The position numbers and the translations under genes were made by a program. 64,000 nucleotides of DNA, taken from an uncultured archaeon (lineage in GTDB: Archaea; Thermoproteota; Bathyarchaeia; Bathyarchaeales; Bathycorpusculaceae). A model generated the notes under the pieces. It saw only the letters and a list, made by a program, of their open reading frames with translations. It was not told the DNA's origin and ran no database searches. Below are positions 10,908 to 23,071 of the stretch, piece after piece. Position 1 is the first letter of the stretch. The number at the start of each line of letters is the position of its first letter. Location of the stretch: positions 224,001-288,000 of the forward strand of contig CAWALK010000022.1 of NCBI GenBank assembly GCA_963782915.1, read 5' to 3'.

Positions 10908-11450
10908 ATGCATGCAAAAAATTATAGACACGTAAAGAACCGGGCATACACCAGAAAAGAGTACGCTAGAGGTTTTCCACCACCAAAAATTGTTAAATTC
11001 ACCATGGGCGACACTAAGGGTGAATTTCAGATTGAAGGACAACTTCTTGCTGGTGAGCGAGCTCAAATTCGCCATTGTGCCTTAGAAGCAGCACGTGTAG
11101 CTACTAACCGTATCTTAATGGACAAAGTAATCAACGATTACCTAATGGTTGTTCATCCATATCCGCACGTTATCCTAAGAGAAAACAAGATGATCTTCGG
11201 TGCGCACGCAGACCGACTTCAACAGGGAATGAGACGCTCCTTTGGAGCAGCAGTCGGTACAGCAGCAAAAGTTGAAGTCAACCAACCAATCATGACTGTC
11301 AAAGTAAAAGCTGGTCAAGAAGCATTAGCCAGAGAATCATTGAAACGTGGCAGCGCAAAACTCCCAATACCTTGCAAGATAGTTATCTCCAAGATACAAG
11401 CTTCCCCAGTAGAACCTGAGCAAGCTGAACCGGAGACGGAGACTGCTTGA
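10908..11450 (+). CDS. rpl10e: 50S ribosomal protein L10e (uL16)
   Basis: ALEAARV, PYPHVILRENK, GAHADRLQQGMRRSFG. Confidence 0.97.
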   Translation: MHAKNYRHVKNRAYTRKEYARGFPPPKIVKFTMGDTKGEFQIEGQLLAGERAQIRHCALEAARVATNRILMDKVINDYLMVVHPYPHVILRENKMIFGAHADRLQQGMRRSFGAAVGTAAKVEVNQPIMTVKVKAGQEALARESLKRGSAKLPIPCKIVISKIQASPVEPEQAEPETETA

Positions 11451-13875
11451 GCGCCAGAAACAACGAGCTTGTTTTATGGTTTGATGTTTTAAGAAATACT
11501 GATGTATCCATTGTCGGCGGCAAAAACGCCAGCCTCGGCGAAATGATTCACGCTGGGCTCCCAGTTCCTTTTGGTTTTGCAGTATCCGCCCATTCCTATG
11601 AACGCTACATTGTAGAGAAGAAACTAAGCGAACAAATCTACAAGATTATTTCTGAAACAGTCACTAACCCAAACGATCCTAAACAGTACGATACCGCATC
11701 GAAGCTTATCCGTGAAGTCATGGAAAAAACTCCGATGCCCCAAGACATCGAAACTGCCATAAGGAAAGCTTATGCTGAATTAAACAAACGATTTGCATTA
11801 AAAGACACCTTTGTCGCTGTACGCTCAAGCGCCACAGCCGAAGACCTCCCAGATGCATCGTTTGCAGGACAACAAGAAACTTATCTAAACGTAAAAGGCG
11901 CAGATGACTTAATCAATAAAGTTATCAAATGCTGGAGCAGCCTCTTCACACCAAGAGCCATCTTCTACAGAAACGAAAAAGGCTTCCCACACGAAAAAGT
12001 CTTCATCAGCGTCGGCGTACAAAAAATGGTTAACAGCCGAGCCGCAGGTGTAATGTTCACCATTAACCCAGTCACCGGAAACCGCGATGAAATAGTCATC
12101 GAAGGTAACTTTGGCTTAGGCGAAACCGTTGTTTCAGGCGCAGTGAACCCTGACGACTTCGTCGTTGACAAACTCAACAATACCATCAAAGAAAGACGCA
12201 TCTCCCGCAAAACAGTCAAGTACATCCGCGACCCCAAAACAGGCAAAACCATCCACCTCGACATCCCAGAAGCCGAACAAAAACTCATCTGTGTAACAGA
12301 TACAGAAATAATGAAACTAACCGAACTAGCCAAACGCATCGAAAAACACTACGGCAAACCCATGGACATCGAATGGGCAATCGACCAAGATCTTGCTTTC
12401 CCAGAAAACATGATGCTAGTTCAAGCTCGCCCAGAAACGATCTTCGGAACCAAAAACCTGGAAGGAACAAAAATGGATGAAACAAAAGGTCAAGAAGCAC
12501 TCAAAATCGTTGTTAGAGGAATCTCCGCAGGTAGAAGAGGATACGGTGTAGGCAAAGCAGTTATTGTCCTAAACCCTGATGATGCCCACAAAGGCATGCA
12601 TAAAGGCGACATCCTTGTCACACCAATGACTGACCCTGACTTCGTTCCATTCATGAAGATGGCATCTGCCATAGTCACTGACAAAGGCGGAATCACCAGC
12701 CACGCAGCCATCGTCAGCCGAGAACTAAACATCCCATGCGTCGTCGGCACAGAAACCGCAACACAAACAATGCAAACAGGCACAGAATACACCGTTGACT
12801 CAAGAAACGGCATAATCTACGAAGGCGTCATGGCAGAAGCAGTAAAACCAATCGCAAGCAACGACGGCGGCAAAGTCATCCAAGCAGAATCCGCGCCAGT
12901 TACAGCTACAAAAATTTACATGAACCTCGGAACACCCGAGATGATCGAGCAATACAAGAACCTACCCTTCGAAGGCATAGGCTTGATGCGCACCGAATTC
13001 ATTTTGGCAAGCGCAATCGGTCAACACCCAATGCTATTCATCGAGAATGGTGAAGGCCAAAAATTCGTTGACAAACTTGCAGACGGCGTCGCAACCGTTG
13101 CACGGGCAATCCAGCCAAAACCAGTCGTAGTCCGCTTAAGCGACTTCAAAACCAACGAATACCGCGGACTCAAAGGCGGCGAAAAATTCGAAATCAACGA
13201 AGAAAACCCAATGCTGGGCTGGAGAGGATGCAGCCGCTACATAAGCAAATGGTACATCCAAGCCTTCCGACTCGAATGCCAAGCAATCAAAAAATGCCGC
13301 AGTGAATGGGGCCTCAAAAACGTCTACGTCATGCTACCCATGGTCAGAACACTCTGGGAAGCAAAACAAGTCCTTAGCCAATCATGAAAGAAGAAGGCTT
13401 AGAACGCAGCAAAGACTTCAAAGTCTGGTTCATGGCAGAAACACCCTCAATCGCAATCATGGCAGACGAATTCAGCAAACTCGTCGACGGATTCAGCATC
13501 GGCTCAAACGACATGACCCAAGGAGTACTCATGATCGACCGCGACAGCGAACGCCTCGGCCAAATGGGCTACTTCGACGAACGCGACCCAGCAGTCAAAC
13601 GCATCATCGCACACCTAATCAAAATCGCACACGAAAACGGCGTCACAGTAAGCATCTGCGGTGAAGGACCAAGCAACCTACCTGACTTCGCAGAATTCCT
13701 CGTCAGAGCAGGCATCGACAGCATCTCAGTCAACAACGACGCAGTCAGCACTACACGAAGAAACGTTGCCCAAGTAGAACAAAAAATCATACTCGAACGC
13801 CTCGCAGAACAAGCAGCCATCGCACGCGGACAACCACTCAAAAAGCCAACCCAAGATTGGGAATGGCCACACTAA
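11447..13875 (+). CDS. ppsA: Phosphoenolpyruvate synthase (frameshift near 13380)
   Basis: [50 protein letters not shown]. Confidence 0.97.
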
Positions 13876-13938
13876 ACATCCCTAACTTTTAATTTTATCT
13901 TTTTGTCTTTCATTTCTTTGTGTGTTAGTGGATACCCC

Positions 13939-14944
13939 ATGTTAGGCTTCGATTTTGAGGAACAAAGAATCAAAGACGAAATCGCAAGGCTGGGCGCTAA
14001 GCGTGTGCTGCTCCAGATGCCCCAAGGACTAAAACCTGAAGCTACAAAAATCGCTCAAACCGTGGAGGCGTCGGGTGCAGTAGCGATTATCTCAGCGGAT
14101 CCCTGCTACGGCGCATGCGACATAGCCATAACTGAAGCGGAAGGGCTTGGATGTGGATTTGATTGTGCATTTCGGCCACGCAAAAATGGTTAAGCAAAGC
14201 AAAATTCCCGCGATCTACGTGGAAACCCACGCTAAAATAGAAATCGAGACGGCGATTCAGCAAGCCCTCCCACTCCTCGCTAACTTACAATAAAATCGGT
14301 TTAACAACCTCAATCCAGCACATAGAAGCACTAAACCAAGCAAAACAGCTCCTAGCCGACGCAGGCAAAACAGTCGAAATCGGCAACGCTGGCCAACTGC
14401 CCTATGCTGGGCAGGTTATTGGCTGCAACTATAGCAACGCCAAAACCATAGCCGACCAAGTTGACGCATTCCTATTCATCGGCGGCGGCATATTCCACGC
14501 GTTGGGCATCGCTTTGGGCACAGGCTAAACCAACTATCATCGCCGACCCTTATGACAATCGTGCCTACTCAATCACTGATGAAGCCCAAAAACTATTGAA
14601 ACAGCGTTATGCAAGCATAACAGAAGCAAAGCCCGCCAAAACCGTCGGGATCCTCGTCGGTTTAAAGCCAGGACAGAAACATCTGGACGATGCACTAAAA
14701 ACTAAAGCATTAGCAGAAAAAACGGGTCGATCCGCTTTTTTGTTGGCTGGCAGAGAAATCACCCCCGACGCCCTAATGGAGTTCCCCAATATCGGCGCTT
14801 ACGTCAACACAGCTTGCCCACGCATCTCACTTGGATGCGCCTGGAAAATTCCAAAAACCAATATTGACGGTTAACGAGTTTATGGTTGTCTGCGGAGAAA
14901 TCTCATGGACGGACATGCTCAAAAAAGGCTTATTCGAAAATTAG
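13939..14944 (+). CDS. dph2: Diphthamide biosynthesis enzyme Dph2 (multiple frameshifts)
   Basis: LQMPQGLK, PCYGACD, GQVIGC, NTACPRI across frames. Confidence 0.92.
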
Positions 14945-15606
14945 ACCTCGAACTCTTCTTAGGTACGCTTGCTAAGCAGCCTAACCCGCAGGCTCAGCTT
15001 GAGCAGTACACGACTCCTGAAGGGATAGCCGCCAACATGCTCTACATAGCCGCTTACACACACGGCGACATTGTTGGGAAGTCTGTGCTGGATTTGGGTT
15101 GCGGCACAGGCAGGTTGGGTTTGGGCGCGGCTTGTCTGGGTGCAAAAGAGGTTGTGGGCATTGACATTGACCCAATCGCTATCAAGACAGCCCGCCAAAA
15201 TGCGGATAAAGCCGATTTGGCTGACAAGGTGCAGTGGGTTAACGGTGACATCGCAGCCATCACTGGGCATTTTGATACGGTTCTGCAGAATCCGCCCTTT
15301 GGGGTCCAAACACGCGAAGCCGACCGAGCTTTTTTGGTAAAAGCCCTCGAAGCAGCAGACTCAATTTATTCGCTGCATAATCACCCCGAAGTAGACGAAC
15401 GCCTCATAAAAATGCTCAAATCCAGCCAGGATTTCATGCAGGTGCAGCCTTCACCGTTCCTTGAACGCTTCATCAACAAACACGGCGGCACAGTCACAGC
15501 CGTTTATGCAATGCTTATGACTATACCCAAAATGTTCGATTTCCACACCAAACTAAAACATGACTTCGTCATCGACTTATACGTCATCCAAAAGCAGCCC
15601 CAATGA
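14905..15606 (+). CDS. METTL5-family RNA m6A methyltransferase
   Basis: LEQYTTP, DLGCGTGRLG, QNPPFG, YSLH. Confidence 0.92.
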   Translation: MDGHAQKRLIRKLDLELFLGTLAKQPNPQAQLEQYTTPEGIAANMLYIAAYTHGDIVGKSVLDLGCGTGRLGLGAACLGAKEVVGIDIDPIAIKTARQNADKADLADKVQWVNGDIAAITGHFDTVLQNPPFGVQTREADRAFLVKALEAADSIYSLHNHPEVDERLIKMLKSSQDFMQVQPSPFLERFINKHGGTVTAVYAMLMTIPKMFDFHTKLKHDFVIDLYVIQKQPQ

Positions 15607-15740
15607 ACCTAAACCTTGGTTGTTGGATGCAGGTCTATTTTTGTTTATTTAACAAAAGGTTTATTGAGCAGAATGGAAACTAAGCATATGCGCTTATCTA
15701 ATTCACGCTTATAATTTACATAACAAAAAGATGAAAATAT

Positions 15741-16322
15741 ATGACTCTAAAAGCTCCTGAACAAAAAAGCGGTCACTTAGTAATGCCCGGCGAACGCCTC
15801 GGCGTTATCGAAGAGTTCATTCCTGACTCAGGAACATACGTTAAAGACGGCGTTATCTTCTCAAAAATAATCGGACGCTCACTTGTTGACTTGCAGAATC
15901 GGCGCGTATCAGTTTATCCAGTAATCGAAGGCGCAGTCTACCCAAAAGTCGGCACCGTAGTCATCGGCCAAATCGGCAACGCCCAATCCGACAACGTACT
16001 GGTAAAAATCTTTAGAGTCGGCAAAAAGAAGCTATCCGGCAGCTTCGGCGGCATATTACATGTCTCTGATGTTTCCGACCGCTACGTCGACCAAATGAGT
16101 GACGTATGCAAACCCGGCGATATCGTCCGCGCAAAAGTCATCAGCGAAAAGAACAAAGTCTTCCACCTATCAACTAACGATAAAAACTTGGGCATCATGT
16201 ATGCTTTCTGCTCAAGAGACGGCACCCTGCTAAATCAAGAGGGTTACGACTTAAAATGCCCCAAATGCGGAAACCTTGAACACCGCAAGACATCTCCAGA
16301 TTACGGCAAAGACCCATTATAG
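15741..16322 (+). CDS. csl4: Exosome RNA-binding protein Csl4
   Basis: VMPGERLG..EEF; S1 domain PGDIVRAKV; C-terminal zinc ribbon. Confidence 0.95.
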   Translation: MTLKAPEQKSGHLVMPGERLGVIEEFIPDSGTYVKDGVIFSKIIGRSLVDLQNRRVSVYPVIEGAVYPKVGTVVIGQIGNAQSDNVLVKIFRVGKKKLSGSFGGILHVSDVSDRYVDQMSDVCKPGDIVRAKVISEKNKVFHLSTNDKNLGIMYAFCSRDGTLLNQEGYDLKCPKCGNLEHRKTSPDYGKDPL

Positions 16323-16337
16323 AGAGAGGAATAAGCA

Positions 16338-16619
16338 ATGAAAGTTAAAGTACTAAAAAGACAAGATAACGAGCTTAAAATCGAAATCGAAGGCTCCAGC
16401 CATGGCCTCTGCAACTTGCTGGCAAAACGTCTCTTAGAAGATAAAACCGTTGATTTCGCAGGCTACGATTTGCCACATCCACTAGCAGCTAGCCCAGTCA
16501 TCTACATTAAGATGAAGGGAAAAGCCAAGGCTGAGGATGCTTTAATTGAAGCGGTTTCGAAGATTCGTGAAGCTAACGATGCTTTCGGTAAAGAGCTCGA
16601 AAACGTTCTAAAAGTCTAA
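16338..16619 (+). CDS. rpoL: RNA polymerase subunit Rpo11 (RpoL)
   Basis: EIEGSSHGLCNLL, FAGYDLPHPL. Confidence 0.94.
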   Translation: MKVKVLKRQDNELKIEIEGSSHGLCNLLAKRLLEDKTVDFAGYDLPHPLAASPVIYIKMKGKAKAEDALIEAVSKIREANDAFGKELENVLKV

Positions 16620-16696
16620 ATTTTTTATTTTTATTTCTTCTTTGTTGTATAATCATTTTAACATAATTCCGCTTATTACTTCTGTGAGTTGACTCT

Positions 16697-17279
16697 TTGA
16701 GCAACGCAAAGGCTTTCCGAATTATAAAACAAGAAATCAGAGTTCTAGGCATAGACGACGGCAAATTCATCCCCCACACAAAAGGCGACGCATTGATTGT
16801 AGGCGTTGTTTTCAGGGGAGGCTGCTCCATAGACGGCGTTATGCACACAAAAGTATCCATTGACGGTTTAGATGCCACCCAGAAACTGGCTGACATGATT
16901 AATGGTTCGCCGCATCGCCATCAACTGCGCTTAGTAATGCTCAACGGCGTTACCCTTGCCGGCTTCAACATAGTTGACATAAACAAATTATCCTGCCCTC
17001 ACGGGATTGCCCGTTCTAGCCTTAACCAATGTGAAGCCCGATTTAGATTCAATCCATGAAGCCCTCAAACATTTACCTGATACAGAAGAGCGGTGGCAAC
17101 TCATCCTAAACGCCGGCGAAATCCATGAAGTAACAAACAAGGGCGTTAAGCTCTACATGGGGTTAGCCGGAATCACTTTGGCTGATGCAAAAACTGTATT
17201 GGATTTAACTTCTACAAGGGGCAGCTATCCTGAGCCGCTACGGGTTGCTCATCTTATCGCTTCAGGAATAACACCTTGA
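16697..17279 (+). CDS. DUF99/UPF0215 endonuclease V-like protein (frameshift near 17000)
   Basis: RVLGIDDG, DGLDAT, AGFNIVD, PEPLRVAHLIASG. Confidence 0.9.
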
Positions 17280-17352
17280 TAGTTTGGAAATTAGAAAAAG
17301 TATAAAAGTGACAACGCTAAGGAAATCCCCCAAAGGGACAGTGTGACGACAT

Positions 17353-17706
17353 ATGGAATTTTGCCCTAAATGCGGTTCCCGTCTTGAACCAAAGAAATCC
17401 AAGAGCGGTAAAGAAGCAACTTTAGTTTTAGCCTGCCCCAAATGCGGCTACAAAAAACCTGAAGCAGGCGACGTTGAGCAGAAGGTAGCTCCTAAAGTTA
17501 TTCAGCACAGCCCCCAACAATTCGTAGCGGTAATCGGCAAAGAAGAACAGAAACTAAACACATTGCCAACAGCACGAGTTGAATGCCCAAAATGCGGCAA
17601 CAACCAAGCTTACGTGTGGCAAGTGCAAACCCGCGGTGCTGATGAATCTTCAACGCAGTTTATGCGTTGCACCAAATGCAGTTACACGTTTAGAGAATAC
17701 AGCTAA
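17353..17706 (+). CDS. tfs: Transcription factor S
   Basis: MEFCPKCG..CPKCG; QTRGADESSTQF..CTKC. Confidence 0.96.
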   Translation: MEFCPKCGSRLEPKKSKSGKEATLVLACPKCGYKKPEAGDVEQKVAPKVIQHSPQQFVAVIGKEEQKLNTLPTARVECPKCGNNQAYVWQVQTRGADESSTQFMRCTKCSYTFREYS

Positions 17707-17791
17707 ACACCCAATTCTTCTTTATACTTTTATTTTTCATTGAAGTCGGCGTTTTAGGCGCATGGTTTTTTAAATCGCCACAACTTGTGTT

Positions 17792-18850
17792 ATGACTGTG
17801 TTCGGTACAAAAAACGAGGCTGCCCCTGAGAAAACCACTCGGTACACAGGTTTTTTACTTAAGGTTCTGCCGCTTGTTGCATTTGCTATTCCATTGGCAC
17901 TGCTCTATCTATTCAACCCGATGGATACTTACCTGAATGTTTCGGCACAGCAATCTTTCGAACTCATGTGGAAGGGCCGAACATTCCAGCTATTCTTTAT
18001 TTGGCTTATAGCGTTGGAATTTATTCTTGGCTGGGAAACAATCACATCAAAAATTAACCTCCAAAACAAACCAAGACTCGCCGCCTATGCCGTTGCTCTG
18101 CTGCTTCCGGCGTTGTATTTACTTCTGGAATTTTCAGGTTTAAACGGTGCCATCGCCGGTTGGTCACAGCAGAGTGGAGTTGCCTTTGCTGCTTCTATGC
18201 CCCTTGCCATCGAATACCTCATCTTTTCCGCAATCTTCCTCTTAACAGCGTTTGTCTCATTTGGCAAAAAGGGATTAACAGATTTCATTTTGCCAGCCCT
18301 ATTCCTAGCCATAGTGGGTTTACTCTATACCATCGATAACGTGTTCCCATACGGTGAGTTCACGCCGTTTCAGCTGCTTGTTCCCACAACAGCTTCATTA
18401 GCTGCTGGCGTGCTAAACTTGATGGGTTACACAACAATCCCCGGTGTCGAGGCTGCAACAGGGATGCCTACACTTGACGTTTCAGGCCACTTAGGAACCG
18501 CAACCTTTGCCATCGCATGGCCCTGCGCCGGCATAGAAAGCTTACTCATTTTTACAGCGGTTGCACTGCTGTTTCTAAAACGGATGAATATTTCTTGGAA
18601 AGCAAAATTGGGTTTCTTCGCCATCGGAGCCGGAGTCACCTACTTCATAAATGTCCTGCGAATAGCAACCATATTCACAATCGGCGTCCAATACGGCGCA
18701 TACTCAGAACAAGTTAACCAATTCCACTACTACTATGGACCCCTCTATGCGATGGCTTGGATAGTTTTCTATCCACTACTCATTATGGTCAGCATGTTTG
18801 CGTGGCGAAAAATCAGGAAACCTCAATCAGCACCGCTAAACCCTGCTTAA
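17792..18850 (+). CDS. Exosortase/archaeosortase family membrane transpeptidase
   Basis: Multi-TM protein with catalytic Cys (WPCAGIES), Arg (NVLRI) and His (QFHYYYG). Confidence 0.85.
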   Translation: MTVFGTKNEAAPEKTTRYTGFLLKVLPLVAFAIPLALLYLFNPMDTYLNVSAQQSFELMWKGRTFQLFFIWLIALEFILGWETITSKINLQNKPRLAAYAVALLLPALYLLLEFSGLNGAIAGWSQQSGVAFAASMPLAIEYLIFSAIFLLTAFVSFGKKGLTDFILPALFLAIVGLLYTIDNVFPYGEFTPFQLLVPTTASLAAGVLNLMGYTTIPGVEAATGMPTLDVSGHLGTATFAIAWPCAGIESLLIFTAVALLFLKRMNISWKAKLGFFAIGAGVTYFINVLRIATIFTIGVQYGAYSEQVNQFHYYYGPLYAMAWIVFYPLLIMVSMFAWRKIRKPQSAPLNPA

Positions 18851-19431
18851 CCAAAATCTGTGCATTCAACGCAGGCAGCGATGCCACATCGTCAGCGGCG
18901 AAGGGACCATACGATTTCATGTCTGCACCCATTATGGCTGGAATGTTCTTTGTGAACCGCAGCGTCAATCGTTTATGTGTTACGTGGACTTGGGGTTTGA
19001 TTTCTGTTTTTGGCACTTCATTTGTTTGAGTTGGGGTGACTGATTGGATTATAGTTACTGTGATTGGTGTCTGTTGTCCTTCCATGAGGTTACTTGGCAA
19101 ACTGTTCGTAAGCATGCTCAAAACCAACAAAGCTCTCCGCCATCTTGGATTCTTCAGTGGTTAACAATTCGATGGGTGCCTTGTGAAGTCGAGTGATTGT
19201 TTTGAGGATTTTTCTGTAGCGCATATCGAGCAGTTCTTTTAGCATCCGCTCGACATTGCGGGCTTCATGCTCAAGCAAGTTGATTTTAACCGATTTTTTA
19301 TCGATTGCCCCTTTGTCTTCTTTTATGTGGGCAAGGTACTCTGCGATTTTAATGTAGAAATCAGGCGCTAAACCGCCTAATGTGGGGTCATCTATTTCTC
19401 GGCGCCAAGCGGCATAAAGCTGGTCATACAT
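18813..19431 (-). CDS. gins15: GINS complex subunit Gins15/Gins51 (frameshift near 19095)
   Basis: LAPDFY..R.RKI A-domain; IPAIMGADMKSYGPF...NAQILVKQG B-domain; follows priS. Confidence 0.88.
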
Positions 19432-20666
19432 TAAGGTGCCACCTCAGCTCTACGTTTGCAGATAAGCAAAACCGCTGCAGCAACTGGCAACTCTAGGGTT
19501 TGATTCTTGTATGGACCCAATGTTTCCCCACTCATCCGAAACTCAGGAGCGTCGGATACCAACACTCTCACTGTACCCTTTTTAAAAGCTACCGCTCCAG
19601 TGAAGGGATCGAAATCTTGCAGTTCCTTTGGTTTGAACTCCACTTTTTTGAGCCCTGTTTTACCATGCAGACTGCCATTCATGCGGATTAAACGGTGAAT
19701 GTCGGTGGTGACGACAGTGTCGATTTTAGCGGCTTGAGTTTCATGGATGTATTCGGCTAATTTAAGCCAGGTTTGGATGCTGACGCCTTTTATGCTCTCC
19801 CATTTTCCCTCTGCGATGGCACGTTTGATGATGGTGTCCTTGTTTTCGAAGAGTGCTTTATTATTTAAACCGACGGCTTTGAGGTCTTCTTTGCTGGCGT
19901 TTAACAGAAAATTCTGCATGCCCAATTTTAAGCGTCGGTTCCAGCCGTAATTATGTAAATTAAACTTCGATGCCCCGCCCTTGCGTTTTGCTTTCTTTTC
20001 TCGTTCTTCCTTATCCAACACTGCCAAGCCTAAGCCAGTAACGTAATCTACAATTTCTTTCCTAGCCATCGCATCAAGCGACCGCACAGCCTCATTTTCA
20101 ATATGCAAATGGTAGCCGCGGTGCCCAGAAAAGAATACTCGCAACTCGTTTTGGGAGAAACCAAAATCGTTTTCAAGCATATCTAATAGTTTGAAGACTT
20201 CTTGGCGGGTTGAATCGATGCATAAGTCGCAAGCCCAAATTTTGGTTTGGAACTTGGTGGTTTCACAGCAGGGGCATATTTCGGGGGTGATTCCTCTTCC
20301 TTCGAACCCGCATTTGACGCATCGGAATTCATCGTGTATTTTGTTGCATGTTGTGGGGATGTGGTCGGCGTCTATATCGAATACTATGTCGGAGCCGATC
20401 CAGCCTTTTTTGTCCATGTCTAAATCTGGGTTTTCGTAGTAGGCGCAGCTGTGGTAAACGTCTGAGGGTACGGTTTTGGCGAGTAATTCTCTGAAGTTGG
20501 CGATCTGTTCGAAGCGGCGGTGTCTGACCATAAATTTTTCTCTGAACGTGAGGTAGCCGAATTCTCTTTGGTGGGGCATGGGCGGCGCGGGGACAGCGTT
20601 GGCGGGGTCTTTGTAGAACTCGCTAAATTTTTGGTAAACGAATTCTCTAGAACCATCTGCACCCAT
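19431..20666 (-). CDS. priS: DNA primase catalytic subunit PriS
   Basis: REFG, IVFDIDADH, FSGHRGYHL, IDTVVTTDIHRLIR..SLHGKTG. Confidence 0.97.
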   Translation of the reverse strand: MGADGSREFVYQKFSEFYKDPANAVPAPPMPHQREFGYLTFREKFMVRHRRFEQIANFRELLAKTVPSDVYHSCAYYENPDLDMDKKGWIGSDIVFDIDADHIPTTCNKIHDEFRCVKCGFEGRGITPEICPCCETTKFQTKIWACDLCIDSTRQEVFKLLDMLENDFGFSQNELRVFFSGHRGYHLHIENEAVRSLDAMARKEIVDYVTGLGLAVLDKEEREKKAKRKGGASKFNLHNYGWNRRLKLGMQNFLLNASKEDLKAVGLNNKALFENKDTIIKRAIAEGKWESIKGVSIQTWLKLAEYIHETQAAKIDTVVTTDIHRLIRMNGSLHGKTGLKKVEFKPKELQDFDPFTGAVAFKKGTVRVLVSDAPEFRMSGETLGPYKNQTLELPVAAAVLLICKRRAEVAP

Positions 20667-20778
20667 CTGCGCTCTCTCTTAATCTGTGTTATTTGTGGCT
20701 TCCTTAATTTAACTATAACCGACAGCAAAACAATAACCGAATATGCAATTTTGACTCTATCTGCAAATCCCCAGTTTA

Positions 20779-21047
20779 TATAAGGGGAGGGGAGGTAGTG
20801 GCAAAGCAACAAACCCCTGTAAACTCCAGTCTGGATGCTCGGCACAGATGCTTAGTAACCGCAGACGTTCGCCAGCAGTCGCATAGAAACAGCCGCCGAA
20901 AACCAACACACGCTCAAATCCGTTTTGTTCCTGTCTGCAGTTGTGGTGTCTATAAATAGAGAGGGGGTAGGTCGGCAGAGCAACAAAGATACCCTATTTA
21001 TTCTTTAAATAAGGGAGGGGGTAGGTGCGCCGAGGTAGGTAGGTCCT
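20779..21047 (+). repeat. Cluster of three G-rich intergenic motifs (20779-20806, 20951-20987, 21006-21047)
   Basis: TATAAGGGGAGGGGAGGTAG, ATAGAGAGGGGGTAGG, ATAAGGGAGGGGGTAGG. Confidence 0.6.
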
Positions 21048-21146
21048 TCCAATAATGTTTCAGTTCTGCTTGCAGAAACCGCCACAACCAACCAGCAACC
21101 CAAACCAAACCCAGAACCCAAAAAACAATCGGCAACATCAGCCCTT

Positions 21147-21183
21147 GGTTGTTGTTGAAATAAGAGGGGTCACAGCAACAACT
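21147..21183 (+). repeat. REP-like hairpin repeat, copy 2
   Basis: GGTTGTTGTTGAAATAAGAGGGGTCACAGCAACAACT. Confidence 0.65.
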
Positions 21184-21186
21184 AAA

Positions 21187-23013
21187 CTAGAAACCTATAC
21201 CCAGCATACTCATCTTAATCATCGTTCGAAAATGCTCAGCAAGAATTCTGGGATCAAATGCGCTGCCGCCAAACGAAAGCACAATCATCATGAAGATAAG
21301 CCAAATTATAGTGGCTTCCAACTCATTTTTCTTCTGTGGAATCAAGGCGTAAACAAACATGTAGGGTAGATACCAGTTCTGGAAGTAGGGCAACGTGAAA
21401 GTAGGCAACAAGAGGAAGACAGCGGATATTGAGAGGAGCTTGTTTTTGTTAAGCATGTAAACGGCATAAACGATTGTAGCGCCAAGCACTAGAAGTACTG
21501 CGCTTGCTTGCAGTGGCCACTGGATTTGAGCGTGAGGCGAAAAAGCGTTAACGCCATTCATAACCAGTTCTGGTCTAGTCGCCATCAAATAGGGTGCACT
21601 CAAATAAGCAGTAAAACCACTAGCCGCAGCAAACAACACCGCTAAGATAACTGCTTTATTCTTGACTATGCCCGATGAGGTTGCTGTTTTCTAAGAGTTT
21701 AACAATCGCCACAATTATGAGTGGAAACATAAAGATGCCTGATTGATACTTAAAAAGAATCGAAACTCCAACAAGCAAGAGGAATTTGTCATAGCGGTCA
21801 GTCAAAAACATCGCCACCGCTAATATGGAGAAGAAGAAGGCGACTGCATCAAACATGCCATCAGCCGCAAACGTGACTAACGATGTATAGATTATGTAGA
21901 CGCCTACAAGTTTAAGCCCCAAATCAAAATATTCCCTGATCAGTGGCGCTTTCTGTTTCCAATTATTCTGATTGAGAATCTGTAGGTTCTGTTTTGCATT
22001 CTTCAAAGTCATGCGGGGTAAATTTGTTCGCGTCCAAAAGATGCTGAGAACAAAATAGAGGCAGGCATGCGCAAAAACCAAAAACAGTGCAATCTCAAGT
22101 TTATACACCAAAACCGCGTTGACGCCACTTTGCAGCAGGGCACCAAACGGCAAGAACAATAGGATGCTGCCTATTGGGTAGAGATGTGGCATTTCAGGCC
22201 AAGTTACAAACATAAAGGCTGAGTTATCATGGCTTGCAAGATATCGAATGGTTGATTAAAAACGGCTAAGCCATCTTTGAGGAACAGGCTTGCAGTATAA
22301 GAATGCCGTACATGATCCGTATACCAGTTCTCGTAGGTTCCAAATGGATTATTATTTACCGCTAAAACCACAAACCACAATGCCAAAGAAAGCACAAGAA
22401 GCGCAATTAACAGACGACGATCATTTCTACTCAATGAAGGCAAGGCTGCTTTAGGCTGCTCTGACTTGGAGGTTTTTTTCAGGATTCCCTCTGTTAAGAG
22501 CACAAGTATGAATGCCGATAAACTGACCAGAAACAGGATTTTTGCTGGAGCACTAAGCCACGCAAGCGAGTAGACCATTTGGGGCCGTGTGATGTCCACT
22601 TGGAAATGAACCGTGCCCGTGTGGGTTTGGTTTGAGGTGATTATAGCTTCATAGTAGTCGGCGCCAGCGACAAAAGTATACGTTATGTTTTTGCTTGTAG
22701 ACACATTGAATTGGGTGCCGCTGTAGGTTACTATTGAGAAGTTCTTTACAAAAACATCCGAACCCTCAACTGTTACCTTGAGGGTTTCGTTGCCGCCGAT
22801 GGTTTGGTTACCATGAAAGTTTCCTATGCCCTGCCTGCGAACCTCATTGGGGCTTAAATGGAAAGTATCGTTGATCAAAACTTTTGATTCATTCTTATCG
22901 GTGCCAACAGAATACATGCTGGCAACACCCAAAGTGACGCTTAGGACTAAAAAGATAATTGCGACCGCAACAAAAATTTTAGTCCAACTCAGCCTCACCA
23001 TTAACTGCCCCAT
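21187..23013 (-). CDS. Polytopic membrane protein, putative GT-C-type glycosyltransferase (frameshifts near 22205 and 21650)
   Basis: N-terminal extracellular domain then many TMs; YTDHVRH, FDAVA and FKYQ motifs; adjacent to a polyprenol-P sugar synthase. Confidence 0.6.
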
Positions 23014-23071
23014 GAAATGGAATCTGCTATATCGACTCTGGCATAATAAAACTTAGGGTAACCCTAACAAA

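Noticed and set aside
20670-21185. Replication origin (ORB elements) near priS/pcna
   Set aside because: G-strings are present but I see no convincing TCCA..GAAAC ORB core, no clear AT-rich unwinding element, and no cdc6/orc1 gene in the window.
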